The position numbers and the translations under genes are program-made. This document shows positions 47,598 to 57,867 of a stretch of 64,000 bases of DNA, piece after piece. The stretch comes from Escherichia phage I29. Every line of letters begins with the position of its first letter. Position 1 is the stretch's first letter. Where the stretch lies: sequence record ON286975; one strand, given 5' to 3'. The notes below the pieces were generated by a model that was not told the origin of the DNA, did not search any database, and saw nothing but the letters and a program-made list of their open reading frames with translations.

Positions 47598-48071
47598 TTA
47601 TTCCTGCTCTTCCGGAGTCTGATCCAGGTTGTTCACCTGCTGAATCATACCCATCTGCTGTAACATCTCCAGAAGGCTTCCTAAACCGTCTTGTGTGAAA
47701 AAACAGCCGTAGTTAACCTCCAGAACCTTACCTGCCAGCTTAATCATCTCCAGCAGATGCCCTGCAAACACAACATCCGGGTTAAGCTTATCCACACCAT
47801 CTACGGTAATATCTTCGAACAAGATTTTAAATAACTCTTCAATAGAATTATCATCAAGTTCTTGGAACAGGTAAGCCAGAGCAGTAGGAAGGACCTCTGC
47901 CATATTCTGACCACCAGAGATAATAGATCCACCGATAGCACCTAGCGGGACAGCCACAATCTTACCGATTTTAGGCATGTTTTTCATTGCTTTCATCGGT
48001 CCCCAGTGGGTGATCACAAAGTTGTGCCCTGCTAAATCAATCTCTGTTGTAGGTCTAAAGTTTATAGCCAT
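47598..48071 (-). CDS. tail assembly chaperone (G-like)
   Basis: 157-aa acidic protein between tube and tape measure genes; contains slippery heptamer near its 3' end. Confidence 0.65.
   Translation of the reverse strand: MAINFRPTTEIDLAGHNFVITHWGPMKAMKNMPKIGKIVAVPLGAIGGSIISGGQNMAEVLPTALAYLFQELDDNSIEELFKILFEDITVDGVDKLNPDVVFAGHLLEMIKLAGKVLEVNYGCFFTQDGLGSLLEMLQQMGMIQQVNNLDQTPEEQE
47697..47703 (-). promoter_or_regulatory. -1 programmed frameshift slippery site U_UUU_UUC
   Basis: Minus-strand T TTT TTC in zero frame (codons Cys-Phe-Phe); -1 frame continues into 47338..47586. Confidence 0.6.
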
Positions 48072-48180
48072 TTTATAGCATCCTTATTAGTCATGTTGTG
48101 CACCATATTTGTGTATTTTACCATGATTATGGTGCATTGTCAATTTAACCTTTCAAGCAATTCAAGAACGTGTGTCAAAA

Positions 48181-48217
48181 CCATAAAAGCAAAAAGCCCC
48201 ACCCTAAGGTGAGGCTT
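48181..48217 (-). terminator. intrinsic terminator-like hairpin
   Basis: Imperfect GC stem followed by UUUUUGCUUUUAUGG on minus strand, after tail tube stop. Confidence 0.45.
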
Positions 48218-48233
48218 ATGCTAAAATGTGCCC

Positions 48234-48707
48234 TTAGATAATACCTGCAAGACCTGCGAGGCCAGTGAGAGCACCAGTAATGTTATCACGGTTGAGCCAT
48301 GCATCCAGAATACCGATATCCCAGTCCAGTTGACCTACTTCGGTTCCGTAAGTCAGGTCAGGCTGTTTCTGGATCCAACCGATTGTGGAAATACCAGGGC
48401 CCTGGCTACCTTCCAGCAGAACCGGGAAGAATACCAGGCCAGTAATAGATGCCTGTTTCTGCCAGTCAGAAAGGTAAGCGTTCCATACAGAAGTGTTCTG
48501 CAAAGACACAGTCATAACACCAGATTGGTTACGGGACAGAGCTGCAGACATTTCACCATCCACACCAACGTGAGGATAAATGTTGTCTTCGTTTCTTGAA
48601 ACAACAATCTTGGTGTCAGCAGCGAAGCCAGTGACACGCTGCTGCATCAGATACAGTTTGACCTTTTTAGGGTCATACGCATAAGGAGTTAAAATTTGAG
48701 TTTCCAT
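48234..48707 (-). CDS. tail tube protein
   Basis: 157-aa ORF immediately downstream of sheath gene. Confidence 0.6.
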   Translation of the reverse strand: METQILTPYAYDPKKVKLYLMQQRVTGFAADTKIVVSRNEDNIYPHVGVDGEMSAALSRNQSGVMTVSLQNTSVWNAYLSDWQKQASITGLVFFPVLLEGSQGPGISTIGWIQKQPDLTYGTEVGQLDWDIGILDAWLNRDNITGALTGLAGLAGII

Positions 48708-48717
48708 CTAGGCTTCC

Positions 48718-50094
48718 TTATTCAGTCATTGCAACAGCATTGGTGGATTTAGAACCAACTTTGTCCAGAAGGACGTTGATCCGGATACGAACGAAGTGCA
48801 GGGCGTTGTTATACACCAGTTCTACTTTCACACCTTCCAGAACACGAGCAGCCAACTGATTGGTTGGGATTTCTGCACGTTTAGGAACTGTGATGATCGG
48901 GTCGTAGAACACATTGTTGTCTTCGTCAAAACCTGTCAGGATCGCGCCATTCTTAATGCCAGTATTGATCGGGTTGTTCATCAGAACAGACTTGATAACC
49001 GGAAGATCATCATCAGACATCTTCATGCTTAAACCCATGTTGGAGCGACGATGCATGTACCCAAACATAGATTCTTCAGATCTGAACTTGATCCAGTGTG
49101 CAAAACGAATAGCGTCTGCATACTGACCTGAAGCACACTTACCTTCCCAGAAAGCGCCAACACCGTTAATCATTCTGTAGAAGTTAACGTGGTTTTCCCA
49201 AATAGCCATACGCTGAGTTAAAGTCAGAGACGGTGCAATCACACCTGGCATCTGTTTTAAGTGCAAGCTGTCGCCGTAAGACGGATCGTTGGATGCCATA
49301 GCACCTATGATACCACCCTCCGGGAAGTCCTTATCTGCACGAGGATCGTACATGCCGACACTGTCATATTGTGCAGATTTCAGTTTGGTGGCGATGTTAT
49401 TATCTTTACCAGTCACATCTTCTGCAGTAGAGTAGACATGCAGCTTGTAGTTAGCCTGAGCCCACTTAGCACATGCTTCAATGTCGGTGTGGTCTTCATG
49501 GCACAGGAAGTACCAATTGTCACGCTCAGCATTGATCTTATCAACTACTGTAGAAGGTTTTTCAGCATTGGCGATATTTTTGATTGTATAGTTACCAGTA
49601 TGGTAACCAACAGTACAGTCACCAGTGATGGTGATAACACCATCAGCAGCCTCTACAGTGATATCGTCCAAGTTATCATCTGCTTCGATTTTAGTCTTCA
49701 TTGACTCTGCAATCTGAGTTGCAGCTGTTCCACCAGAGATAGGGACTATCAAAGAGGTATTGTAGCTACCTTTTGCAATAGTCATTACGACATCGGTATC
49801 AGCTGCGGCAGCAATACCTTTAAAATCTACAGTGGTCTTTTCTTTGGCCTGTCTGCCGATCATAACGTATTGTGGAGGGAATACACCACCAAAAGCTTTT
49901 GCTGCAAACTCATACGCTGCAGAGCCTTGTGCGAAACCATCTTCCACCATCTGATCCAGCTCTGCATATACGCGAGCTCGCTCAGTAAAGTTGTTGTGGA
50001 TAGCGATGAACAGGGGAGTTTCGAAACCTACAGTGTCAATAGGCTGGGTTCCGAGGTTAACTGTAACATCTACCACTTTATCTAAATATGGCAT
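48718..50094 (-). CDS. tail sheath protein
   Basis: 458-aa ORF upstream of tube, chaperone and tape measure genes; position and size typical of contractile-tail sheath. Confidence 0.65.
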   Translation of the reverse strand: MPYLDKVVDVTVNLGTQPIDTVGFETPLFIAIHNNFTERARVYAELDQMVEDGFAQGSAAYEFAAKAFGGVFPPQYVMIGRQAKEKTTVDFKGIAAAADTDVVMTIAKGSYNTSLIVPISGGTAATQIAESMKTKIEADDNLDDITVEAADGVITITGDCTVGYHTGNYTIKNIANAEKPSTVVDKINAERDNWYFLCHEDHTDIEACAKWAQANYKLHVYSTAEDVTGKDNNIATKLKSAQYDSVGMYDPRADKDFPEGGIIGAMASNDPSYGDSLHLKQMPGVIAPSLTLTQRMAIWENHVNFYRMINGVGAFWEGKCASGQYADAIRFAHWIKFRSEESMFGYMHRRSNMGLSMKMSDDDLPVIKSVLMNNPINTGIKNGAILTGFDEDNNVFYDPIITVPKRAEIPTNQLAARVLEGVKVELVYNNALHFVRIRINVLLDKVGSKSTNAVAMTE

Positions 50095-50166
50095 TTGTTT
50101 CCTCTTAATATCTGTGCACGGATATCAAACACGCAGTGTAATCATTACACTACACAATTATAACGA

Positions 50167-50718
50167 TTACTGACCACTGTCTGTAACCGCTTTACCAGAA
50201 TTGGGTGAAGGGAAGTGTGTGGTTATTTCAGCCTTAATTCCCTGAAGATCCTCAAAAGCCCCAATGTCTGTTTCAACAAACCTTACGTTAAATGTCAGCA
50301 TCACAGTGGCTCTATTTTCATACGTCTGCTTATTCAACGGCACTCTTTGAGGTGAGATTGTTGAATTGTTAGAGTAGGCAAAGCACGATCCCAGAGGGAA
50401 ATACTTGTCATAAAACATTGGAAGGTTTATTGCTTGCAATACTCTGCTAAGTGCAGCATATGCCCTGCCACGATAAGCTGTTAACAGATAAGTAACAGTG
50501 TAGCTGTGGGTGACGTAAGCATTACCCTCCGCATCTTGAAACTCATTATCTTCCCAAGTGGTGGGATTGATCGCCAAGGTTTGTAAGAGTACAAACTCAC
50601 CTTCCGGCTTCGGTATGGTAGAGCTTTCTGCCAGAACTACAGTTCTTCCTGTGGCAACCTTGACAAGCTTAGCAATGGTTGTTTCAAGATCAGAAAAAAC
50701 TTTTTCGAAAGCTTCCAT
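50167..50718 (-). CDS. neck/tail completion protein, 183 aa
   Basis: Between head genes and sheath gene. Confidence 0.4.
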   Translation of the reverse strand: MEAFEKVFSDLETTIAKLVKVATGRTVVLAESSTIPKPEGEFVLLQTLAINPTTWEDNEFQDAEGNAYVTHSYTVTYLLTAYRGRAYAALSRVLQAINLPMFYDKYFPLGSCFAYSNNSTISPQRVPLNKQTYENRATVMLTFNVRFVETDIGAFEDLQGIKAEITTHFPSPNSGKAVTDSGQ

Positions 50719-51143
50719 CAGTTTTCTCCTTCAGGCTCTTCTACCACAAAAAATCTATATCTCCCACCACCAGAGGTAACATATGCATCGCATTTTAAAA
50801 CAGTAAACCATTTCAAGTCACCACGGATGTCAGGCAGCTGAATTTGGTCAGCCATTGCATATGTTCCTTCGTCCGGACTATACAACTTGGTTGAGGAGTA
50901 AACTGTAAAAGCCTCGTACTGTCTGTCACCTTCAGGGTTTATTTGAGAGGAGTAATCTTTAGCTGCCCTTCCTGTCAACGGCTGCACAACACACTCTAAG
51001 ACATCAAACTCTTCATACTCAAGTTCTAACCCCTCGTTGGCAAAAGGGCCACCAACTGTTTTGTTATACACTCTGTGGCGACCTTTGAATGTTTTACGAG
51101 GTATTAGTCTGTTCTTTCCTATCAGCTTATAACCTGCTGCCAC
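50718..51143 (-). CDS. head-tail joining protein, 141 aa
   Basis: Start overlaps upstream stop; neck region. Confidence 0.4.
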   Translation of the reverse strand: MAAGYKLIGKNRLIPRKTFKGRHRVYNKTVGGPFANEGLELEYEEFDVLECVVQPLTGRAAKDYSSQINPEGDRQYEAFTVYSSTKLYSPDEGTYAMADQIQLPDIRGDLKWFTVLKCDAYVTSGGGRYRFFVVEEPEGEN

Positions 51144-51159
51144 TCAACCCCCTTATTTT

Positions 51160-51630
51160 TTACTGTCCGATTTTAAAGGTTGCAGATTCAAGCAGCACAT
51201 CGTAATGCCGCATAGCCTCGTTGAAGCCTTTCTCTTGTGCCCACTGCTCGCTAACAGTAGGATTACTAAACTGCCCAGCCTCAATAACAAACTGGATAGC
51301 TTTGGCCCCTGTGTCCCCCATCTGCTTAAGAATAGCCTCTGCACTTGATCCTCTAGCCATAGCTCTCAACAATTTTTCTGTCAAGGTCTGTAGTTGAGTG
51401 CTGTGAAATGCAAAGGCTGTCTCCATGAAATTGCGAACAGGCAGCCCGTTCCAACCGAAGTTGTGAATGGCTGCCAATGTTGCCATATTTAAGCCTGACG
51501 GGTGAGGTTCATCATAAAAGCCGTAGGTTATTGTTTTACTTTCAAGTCTCACAAGTTCTTTGTAGAAGCTATCTAAACGCTTTAGGTTGAACCTTGTTTG
51601 ACATTTAACCTTTAGCATTATATCCCTCAC
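51160..51630 (-). CDS. head-tail connector-type protein, 156 aa
   Basis: Neck region ORF. Confidence 0.4.
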   Translation of the reverse strand: MRDIMLKVKCQTRFNLKRLDSFYKELVRLESKTITYGFYDEPHPSGLNMATLAAIHNFGWNGLPVRNFMETAFAFHSTQLQTLTEKLLRAMARGSSAEAILKQMGDTGAKAIQFVIEAGQFSNPTVSEQWAQEKGFNEAMRHYDVLLESATFKIGQ

Positions 51631-51671
51631 TAATGTATTTTACCACAAAGATACATCAAAAGCAACAATTT

Positions 51672-52292
51672 TTAAAAACTGCGTTTGCGTCTTGGGTGGC
51701 GGGGAGGTTGGTTATTTAGACCACTGATAGGTGTAATACCCTGGACATCGAACGGCCCGTTGCTGTTTTCATTAAATTTAACCCGAATTCCTTCATCTAC
51801 ACGAACACCACCAATGATAATCATTCTGCTGTAAGCATCTAGCTCAGAATCTACATAGTCTGGGTGTGCCAGCAGCCAATCAAGGAAATCTTTCCATTGG
51901 GCGTAGGAAGATCCACCACGAATCTCTATGGTCTCATCACCTATTTTTTCCAGACGGGAAGTTATACTTGCATTACCGCTGGACACTTCCTGCATCATCA
52001 GCCACCGCACAAGCTGCACAAGCACATTGTACTTAAGCAGGGGCAGCTTATCAGGATCTGCCGGATAATTTAGTTTCAACTTCTCCATGTCAAGGAATGT
52101 TTTAATTACCTCATCAGGGAGGGTTTCCTCATCAACATTGCCAAGCAACAACCTCATAATATTAATAAGAGGTTGGTCTGGATCAGGTTCCGGAGGTACA
52201 GGATCTTCTTTTGGTGGTTCTTCTGGGGTATCGACTACACCATCATGGTTAGGCGGGGACGGGATAATCTCTTCATCTTCATACCATGCCAT
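51672..52292 (-). CDS. neck/head completion protein
   Basis: ORF track starts at TTG 52349; ATG 52292 (MAWYEDEE...) lies after a hairpin and U-tract and is preferred; Pro/Glu-rich N-terminus. Confidence 0.4.
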   Translation of the reverse strand: MAWYEDEEIIPSPPNHDGVVDTPEEPPKEDPVPPEPDPDQPLINIMRLLLGNVDEETLPDEVIKTFLDMEKLKLNYPADPDKLPLLKYNVLVQLVRWLMMQEVSSGNASITSRLEKIGDETIEIRGGSSYAQWKDFLDWLLAHPDYVDSELDAYSRMIIIGGVRVDEGIRVKFNENSNGPFDVQGITPISGLNNQPPRHPRRKRSF

Positions 52293-52351
52293 TTGAAAAT
52301 ACCTCGTAAAAATAAAGCCCCATTCCTGATTTGGAAGGGGCCTTAACAAAA

Positions 52352-53197
52352 TTATGCCAGTGCAGCCTCAAAATCTTTCATCATATTTTGGAAAGTTTTT
52401 GCCTTACTTAAGGTAACACCGTGCTCTTTGGCGAAGGTTTGGAGTGCATCTTTTGAACCACTTTTGTCATCTTCGTTGTTAAGAGCTGCGGCCTGCTGCA
52501 GTATGGCATCAATATCACTGCGAGAAGATCTTGATTCTTGTGCCTGTTCAGGATCCTGCTCAGTACCTCCCGGTGCAGCCGGATCTGGGGATTCTTCACC
52601 GTCACCACCAGGTTCAGTAGGACCTACAGGCAGCTCCGGTTCTGGTTCAGGCGGTGGAGCTATCGTAGAAACCAGTCCAAGATTTACAACCTGAGAACGT
52701 TTCTTAGGCCACTCAATGGTGAAAGTTTGGGTATCTTCTTCATAAACAATGTTGCATTGCTCATCGTTTATGGTCACTTTTTTAGGCATCCCTACAGGGT
52801 CCCATAGATGGCCCTCTGCCACGGAAACTTGGAAAGCAGCATCTACCTCTTTAAACACTGACGGGGTGAGGGTGATATTGACATCCCCGCTTTGCAGTGT
52901 TAAAGTGCTTTCATCAAGGTTCTCTGTGAAGAACAGAAGAATAACACCCATACGGATAGTTGAAATACCAGTATCAATTGGCAGGCCTGTATGTTTTGCA
53001 ATCTTCTCGAAGAAGTCTACAATCGTTCTACATGGATAGTGAACACTGCCAATAACGAATTCTGTTGGTGGCAGCAGAGCTGATAAACCAACATTGATTT
53101 CTTGATTGTATTGTGCTAAAAATTGATAAAAACTTAATTGATTGTTGAAAACTCTTAATAGAGGATCATACTCAACTGGATATACAGCTCTCTTCAC
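52352..53197 (-). CDS. structural protein, 281 aa
   Basis: First gene downstream of major capsid terminator; Pro/Glu-rich segment PPPEPEPELPVGPTEPGGDGEESPDP. Confidence 0.4.
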   Translation of the reverse strand: MKRAVYPVEYDPLLRVFNNQLSFYQFLAQYNQEINVGLSALLPPTEFVIGSVHYPCRTIVDFFEKIAKHTGLPIDTGISTIRMGVILLFFTENLDESTLTLQSGDVNITLTPSVFKEVDAAFQVSVAEGHLWDPVGMPKKVTINDEQCNIVYEEDTQTFTIEWPKKRSQVVNLGLVSTIAPPPEPEPELPVGPTEPGGDGEESPDPAAPGGTEQDPEQAQESRSSRSDIDAILQQAAALNNEDDKSGSKDALQTFAKEHGVTLSKAKTFQNMMKDFEAALA

Positions 53198-53220
53198 GGG
53201 ACACTCCTGTTAAACCCTAA

Positions 53221-53253
53221 TAAATAAAAAGGGGAGGGGAGAACCCCCTCCCC
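53221..53253 (-). terminator. strong intrinsic terminator
   Basis: 9-bp stem GGGGAGGGG / CCCCUCCCC followed by UUUUUAUUUA on minus strand, directly after capsid gene stop. Confidence 0.7.
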
Positions 53254-53277
53254 ATATGGGATGAATCACCTTAGTGA

Positions 53278-54288
53278 TTAGCCACCGTTTTTCAGAGTTA
53301 CTTTAACAACCAGCTCTGGGCGGGTGTTAACTGCCAGCATAGAAGTTTCAGATTCAATCTTCTCTTCACGCAGGTATGCAGAGTGTTTATACCACATATA
53401 CAGTTCCTGTGCTGGGGTATTTGCTTCGTTAACATCGTCTGCCGGAGCAAAGTGCAGCTGGAACATCTGATCAATACCCATCGGCAGAATGCGAGCTTCT
53501 TTCTTAGGAATATTGCCAGAGATATCTTCGATAAAGGTGATACCTTTATGCTCAAACACACGGTATACGCTGTCTTGACCGCCAGCACCCAGACGGCGAC
53601 GCAGAGGTTCCTGAGCAGAGCCGTAATAGGTGTATGCCAGTTCTACCAGCGGGTGATGGGTAATAGCACTGAAGAACTCTGGTGAGCACAGGGCTACAAT
53701 ACGATAGCCAGCTGCATTATCACCAGCTTGCAGTGCGATGTGCAGACGAGCTTCTTCCAGAACCTCCATAGGATCCTGATCTGCTTTTGCAGGGTCAATT
53801 TCAACAGATTTCTGAGACACACCCCACAGAGTGTAGTAATCATACTGACAGGTGGTGTCACCAGGTGCATAGGATTTACCCAGAATAGCCTGGAACAGCG
53901 CTTTCTCACGCAGTGCTTCATGAGAAACACGGATACGGCGAACAACGCGGGTTACTACGTCCTGAACAGTTTTCGGAGCATCAGGAGTGAAGTAACGACG
54001 GAAGTTCTGAACATCTGCGGCAGTGATGCCTTTGTCCAGAGGGAAGAACGGGATGTTCAGGTTTTTAACCTGAGCACGTTCACTACCAACGTAGTTACGC
54101 TCACCACCACGACGGCGTGCCGGAATGTCGGTTACAACTTCATCAACACGTTCGATCTGAGCAATTGTTGAGGTGCCGAGACGAGTTTCGAACAGATCCA
54201 TACCAGTAATCAGGCGGAATTGACGCGGAACAAGGTCCAGAGTAGCACCTAAATCAACAATGCCAAATTCATCTTTACGAGTAATCAT
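53278..54288 (-). CDS. major capsid protein
   Basis: 336-aa ORF downstream of scaffold and small head protein, followed by strong terminator; assignment by position and size. Confidence 0.55.
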   Translation of the reverse strand: MITRKDEFGIVDLGATLDLVPRQFRLITGMDLFETRLGTSTIAQIERVDEVVTDIPARRRGGERNYVGSERAQVKNLNIPFFPLDKGITAADVQNFRRYFTPDAPKTVQDVVTRVVRRIRVSHEALREKALFQAILGKSYAPGDTTCQYDYYTLWGVSQKSVEIDPAKADQDPMEVLEEARLHIALQAGDNAAGYRIVALCSPEFFSAITHHPLVELAYTYYGSAQEPLRRRLGAGGQDSVYRVFEHKGITFIEDISGNIPKKEARILPMGIDQMFQLHFAPADDVNEANTPAQELYMWYKHSAYLREEKIESETSMLAVNTRPELVVKVTLKNGG

Positions 54289-54336
54289 TTATTTCTCCAA
54301 AATAAAACTTAAATATTTTCCCGAACAATTTAGGGC

Positions 54337-54726
54337 TTACTCTTCACCAAGAGTCTGGACCTGAACCTTGTTGCCCAGAGCCTCAAGCTTGTCTAACACA
54401 GCCTGTTCTGCTTTAGCGCCACCAGTTGCCAGCAATTTATCCTTGGCAAAAGTAACACCACGCACAGCAACAACCAGTTTATATTTCTTTGTGCCAAGAG
54501 GTTCAGCGATATGTACTTTACCAGCAGAGTCTGGAATTAAAGCACGATCCACCAGAACGCCGTAGGCGTCTGAACCGTCCTGATTAGCAATGCTGCCATC
54601 TTTGGTCACAACCGTGCCAGCATGATGGTGCTCTGTCAGTGTAATTTCCATCTCTTTAAAATTGTAGCCAGCATCGCTAGAATCAACTTTGCCGAGCACG
54701 ATATCAGAATATTGAGCGGTAATCAT
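54337..54726 (-). CDS. small head protein (decoration-type), 129 aa
   Basis: Between scaffold and capsid genes. Confidence 0.35.
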   Translation of the reverse strand: MITAQYSDIVLGKVDSSDAGYNFKEMEITLTEHHHAGTVVTKDGSIANQDGSDAYGVLVDRALIPDSAGKVHIAEPLGTKKYKLVVAVRGVTFAKDKLLATGGAKAEQAVLDKLEALGNKVQVQTLGEE

Positions 54727-54746
54727 TTATTTCCCCCGTTAATGTC

Positions 54747-55724
54747 TTATTTGTTAGATTCTGCACGTGCACGAGCAAGTGCTTTTGCAACGTTTTCAGC
54801 AAGAATTTCTTCTGCGGATTTTGCAATATCATCCACAACAGGTTCGCCATCATTACCATGTTCAGTGGTGGCAAACTCTTCTTTGGTTTTATGAACCTCT
54901 GCTTCCAGCTCTTCAATTTTTGCTTGAGCTTTCTCCAGCATAGCTACGATAGGTTCGTTAGCTTTTTCCAGCATGAAGTCAACCAGGGTTGCGTGATCTT
55001 CTTCACCAACAAAGCTTAAAGCTTGAGCCTTAGTCAGCATTTTAGCTTTTTCAACTTCAACCTGGGCCTTGATAATTTCTTCAGCTTTACTCTGGGTTGC
55101 TTTCAGCTCTTCTACTTGCTTCAGCAGATCCAGATACTCTTTAGTTTTGGTTACGTCCACCGGATTCTCCTCGGTATTTGCGGATTTTGCAACATCATCC
55201 ACCTCGGTAGTTTTATCCACCTCAGCAGGTTCCTGTACCGCCTTGATCAGGTTCCCTTCTTTATCGAAGAGATCAGCGGTTACTTGTTCAAAAATCTGTT
55301 GTGTTTTTAACAGACTGTACTGATCTACCACACTAAGCTGCTTGCCTTCTTTTGCAGCTTTATGAATGGTCACGTTATCACAACGCTCTTCCAGCCATGC
55401 AATACAAGACTCTGCGTCAGCTTGCGCCCATTCCCAATCGGGGTGCTCTTTAGCCCAAGCCTCTTCTTCAATCTCAAAACCAAGCATGTGTGCAAGTGCT
55501 TTAGCATCATCATACCACATATCGAAGAAACGACGCAGGTATTCTTCAAAACTAAGCTCCACAGTAACTTGGCGAAGTGCCTTAACAATATCGTCTGTTA
55601 ACTGCTCCGGCTTAAGATCACTCTTCATCAAAAGAGATACAGGTCTGTTGTTAGCGCTATAGCCTTGCGCCTTATGGCACAGGGCGATCCCCTTCTCTTT
55701 AATAGTAATCGTTTTTTCAGACAT
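54747..55724 (-). CDS. scaffolding protein
   Basis: 325 aa, long acidic E/K/A-rich helical C-terminal half; between portal region and capsid. Confidence 0.5.
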   Translation of the reverse strand: MSEKTITIKEKGIALCHKAQGYSANNRPVSLLMKSDLKPEQLTDDIVKALRQVTVELSFEEYLRRFFDMWYDDAKALAHMLGFEIEEEAWAKEHPDWEWAQADAESCIAWLEERCDNVTIHKAAKEGKQLSVVDQYSLLKTQQIFEQVTADLFDKEGNLIKAVQEPAEVDKTTEVDDVAKSANTEENPVDVTKTKEYLDLLKQVEELKATQSKAEEIIKAQVEVEKAKMLTKAQALSFVGEEDHATLVDFMLEKANEPIVAMLEKAQAKIEELEAEVHKTKEEFATTEHGNDGEPVVDDIAKSAEEILAENVAKALARARAESNK

Positions 55725-56155
55725 TATTCATTGCCCTCTTCTACAACACTGATCCCGAAGTTTACGTTGGTAATTTCACCAGTTTCTTCATCAACATTAC
55801 CTGTTGCCTGAATGCTTAGGCCACCGACAATGCCAGCCTTCTTAGCTTCCCATAGTTCAGGATTATTGTATTTAACTTTAGCAACCCAAGAGCCAGCCTT
55901 GATGACCTGCTCAGTGCCAATTACTACAACATCAAACTCTTCTTGAATCCACGTCTTTTCAATAGTGAAAGCATCTGTAGAGGTCAAGTGGAAAAGGTTT
56001 TCAGAAACTAGGCCTGCAGCGTATGCTGCGTCCCAGTTATCTTTAGCCTTTTTGATGGTGTCTTTACTCATCCACTCACCGTGAGCATCTTTAGTGTCAG
56101 GCTCGTAGATGATTTCGTAGGAAATCATTTCTTCCTGTGGCATCTTATTCCCCAT
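55724..56155 (-). CDS. putative prohead protease / head maturation protein
   Basis: ORF track start 56299 overlaps portal gene; internal ATG 56155 or 56143 more likely; position between portal and scaffold. Confidence 0.35.
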   Translation of the reverse strand: MGNKMPQEEMISYEIIYEPDTKDAHGEWMSKDTIKKAKDNWDAAYAAGLVSENLFHLTSTDAFTIEKTWIQEEFDVVVIGTEQVIKAGSWVAKVKYNNPELWEAKKAGIVGGLSIQATGNVDEETGEITNVNFGISVVEEGNE

Positions 56156-56210
56156 GTGGATTATTTTATCACGCCAAAGGAGGTTTTGCAACCCCCTGTG
56201 TTGATAATTT

Positions 56211-57767
56211 TTAATTTTCCATGTTGGATATGGAATTATCTCTGGTTGATGATATCTTAGAAGTGCCGTTGCCAGTGGATCCTGCAGCCATTCCATCACC
56301 AGCTCTACTGATGTCCTGGCCCAAGAGCTTCATCAGCTCTTCCTGATCCATGTCCTCGTCAAATCTTTCATCAAACCCGCCTACTTCAAGAATCTTATTA
56401 ATTACTGCAGGAGTTTTTGGCAAGTAACCTACAGCACCGATCCTCTGGACAAACTTGGAGAAGCTCTCCATATCCACTTCTTCAATCAGACCAGGTTTCA
56501 GTTTAGGCATATCATCATCTTCAAGGATGATACCATTCAATGCCAGAAGCTGTGGAATAAGATCCTTATTGAAGGCTTCAGTGATAATATCTATATCACG
56601 CTGAACAAAATGACCATGGATAGACTGTTTTGACTCAGACAGAGAGAAGGATCCAACGTTATCGTTACCGAGGTTAATAAAGCCAGCACCGAAACGGTCA
56701 AGAATCGCCTTCTTACGGGCATCAATCAAATCTTTAGTGGAATACTGCTTACCCATACCGTCAACCCCCTTCAGGGTCATGGAGTAAAGCTCTTTACCAG
56801 ACTTATCTCTATCAGACGGAAGTATAAAGAAACTTTGCTCACCACTATGGGCGTTTGCTGCGTCAAGCATAAGGTCTGCAACCATTCTCCCTTCCATTGA
56901 ATTCGGGTCAATGCTGGCCTTGTTCAAAATATTGGAAGGAATTTTCAGCTCAAGCACACCACCAAGGTCTTTGGAACAGCCAACAACCTCAAGGTTTTCA
57001 ATCAGAACTTTCTCACGGAAAGATCTGTAGCAACCTATCATAGGTGACACACCTGCAGGGTTAGATTCTGTTCCTGACAGGGTCATGAGCATAAGCTTTT
57101 TAGCAGGGATGAAAATTTCAGGCTCATTAAAGCCTTTTGAAGGCATTGCAGCAAGAGGTCCAGCCCAGCGTGCATTCTGAGTGTTTAGAAATGCATTAGG
57201 TGACTGATAAATACCTGTCAGTGTTCTGCTATTCTTATCAAAAACAAACGGCTCTGATCTGGACAGGCTGGCCTGAGGCCGGAATGCAATTTTATCGATA
57301 AGAAGCATCCCGGCATATTTACCTTCTTTCTCTCTGCGGTATACTTTCTCAAACAGTGAAAAACCATACTCGTTAAAGGTAGCTGCGCTTCTTGCAATAT
57401 CTCGAAGAGTTTGTTGGTTTGCCAAATTACGCAAAGAATACTCTATAAGCTCGGCAGCTTTCTTAGAGTCTTCACTTTTAACATTATAAAGGATCTTAAA
57501 ATCATTGAATGCTTTCGTGATGAAAACATATTTTGTATCTAAGGCAGTAGCAACTGTGGAATCACATTTCATAGTCTCCACTGTGGCAATCAGCTGAGGC
57601 CAACGCAATTCCTCAACCATCATAGATTGCGATTCTGCCATAATTTGGGAAAGTGCGCCAGAACCGATCTCACTCATACGAACATTATGAGTTGGTGCGC
57701 CTGCGTTCCCAGATTTATTCACAGTTTTGGCTGTGGCGTTGTGTTTCCTGCGGTTCTTTTTGGACAC
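56211..57767 (-). CDS. portal protein
   Basis: 518-aa ORF (GTG start) immediately downstream of large terminase gene. Confidence 0.6.
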   Translation of the reverse strand: MSKKNRRKHNATAKTVNKSGNAGAPTHNVRMSEIGSGALSQIMAESQSMMVEELRWPQLIATVETMKCDSTVATALDTKYVFITKAFNDFKILYNVKSEDSKKAAELIEYSLRNLANQQTLRDIARSAATFNEYGFSLFEKVYRREKEGKYAGMLLIDKIAFRPQASLSRSEPFVFDKNSRTLTGIYQSPNAFLNTQNARWAGPLAAMPSKGFNEPEIFIPAKKLMLMTLSGTESNPAGVSPMIGCYRSFREKVLIENLEVVGCSKDLGGVLELKIPSNILNKASIDPNSMEGRMVADLMLDAANAHSGEQSFFILPSDRDKSGKELYSMTLKGVDGMGKQYSTKDLIDARKKAILDRFGAGFINLGNDNVGSFSLSESKQSIHGHFVQRDIDIITEAFNKDLIPQLLALNGIILEDDDMPKLKPGLIEEVDMESFSKFVQRIGAVGYLPKTPAVINKILEVGGFDERFDEDMDQEELMKLLGQDISRAGDGMAAGSTGNGTSKISSTRDNSISNMEN

Positions 57768-57780
57768 AAGCTTTACCCCT

Positions 57781-57818
57781 CAAAACAGTATAACAAAATA
57801 GCCCTCGTCAGAGGGCTA
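57781..57818 (-). terminator. intrinsic terminator-like hairpin
   Basis: Minus-strand UAGCCCUC-UGAC-GAGGGCUA followed by UUUUGUUAUACUGUUUUG, between terminase and portal genes. Confidence 0.45.
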
Positions 57819-57867
57819 GTATCTCCAATTACTTTATTGTACCACATCTAATTAAGATTGGCAACAC

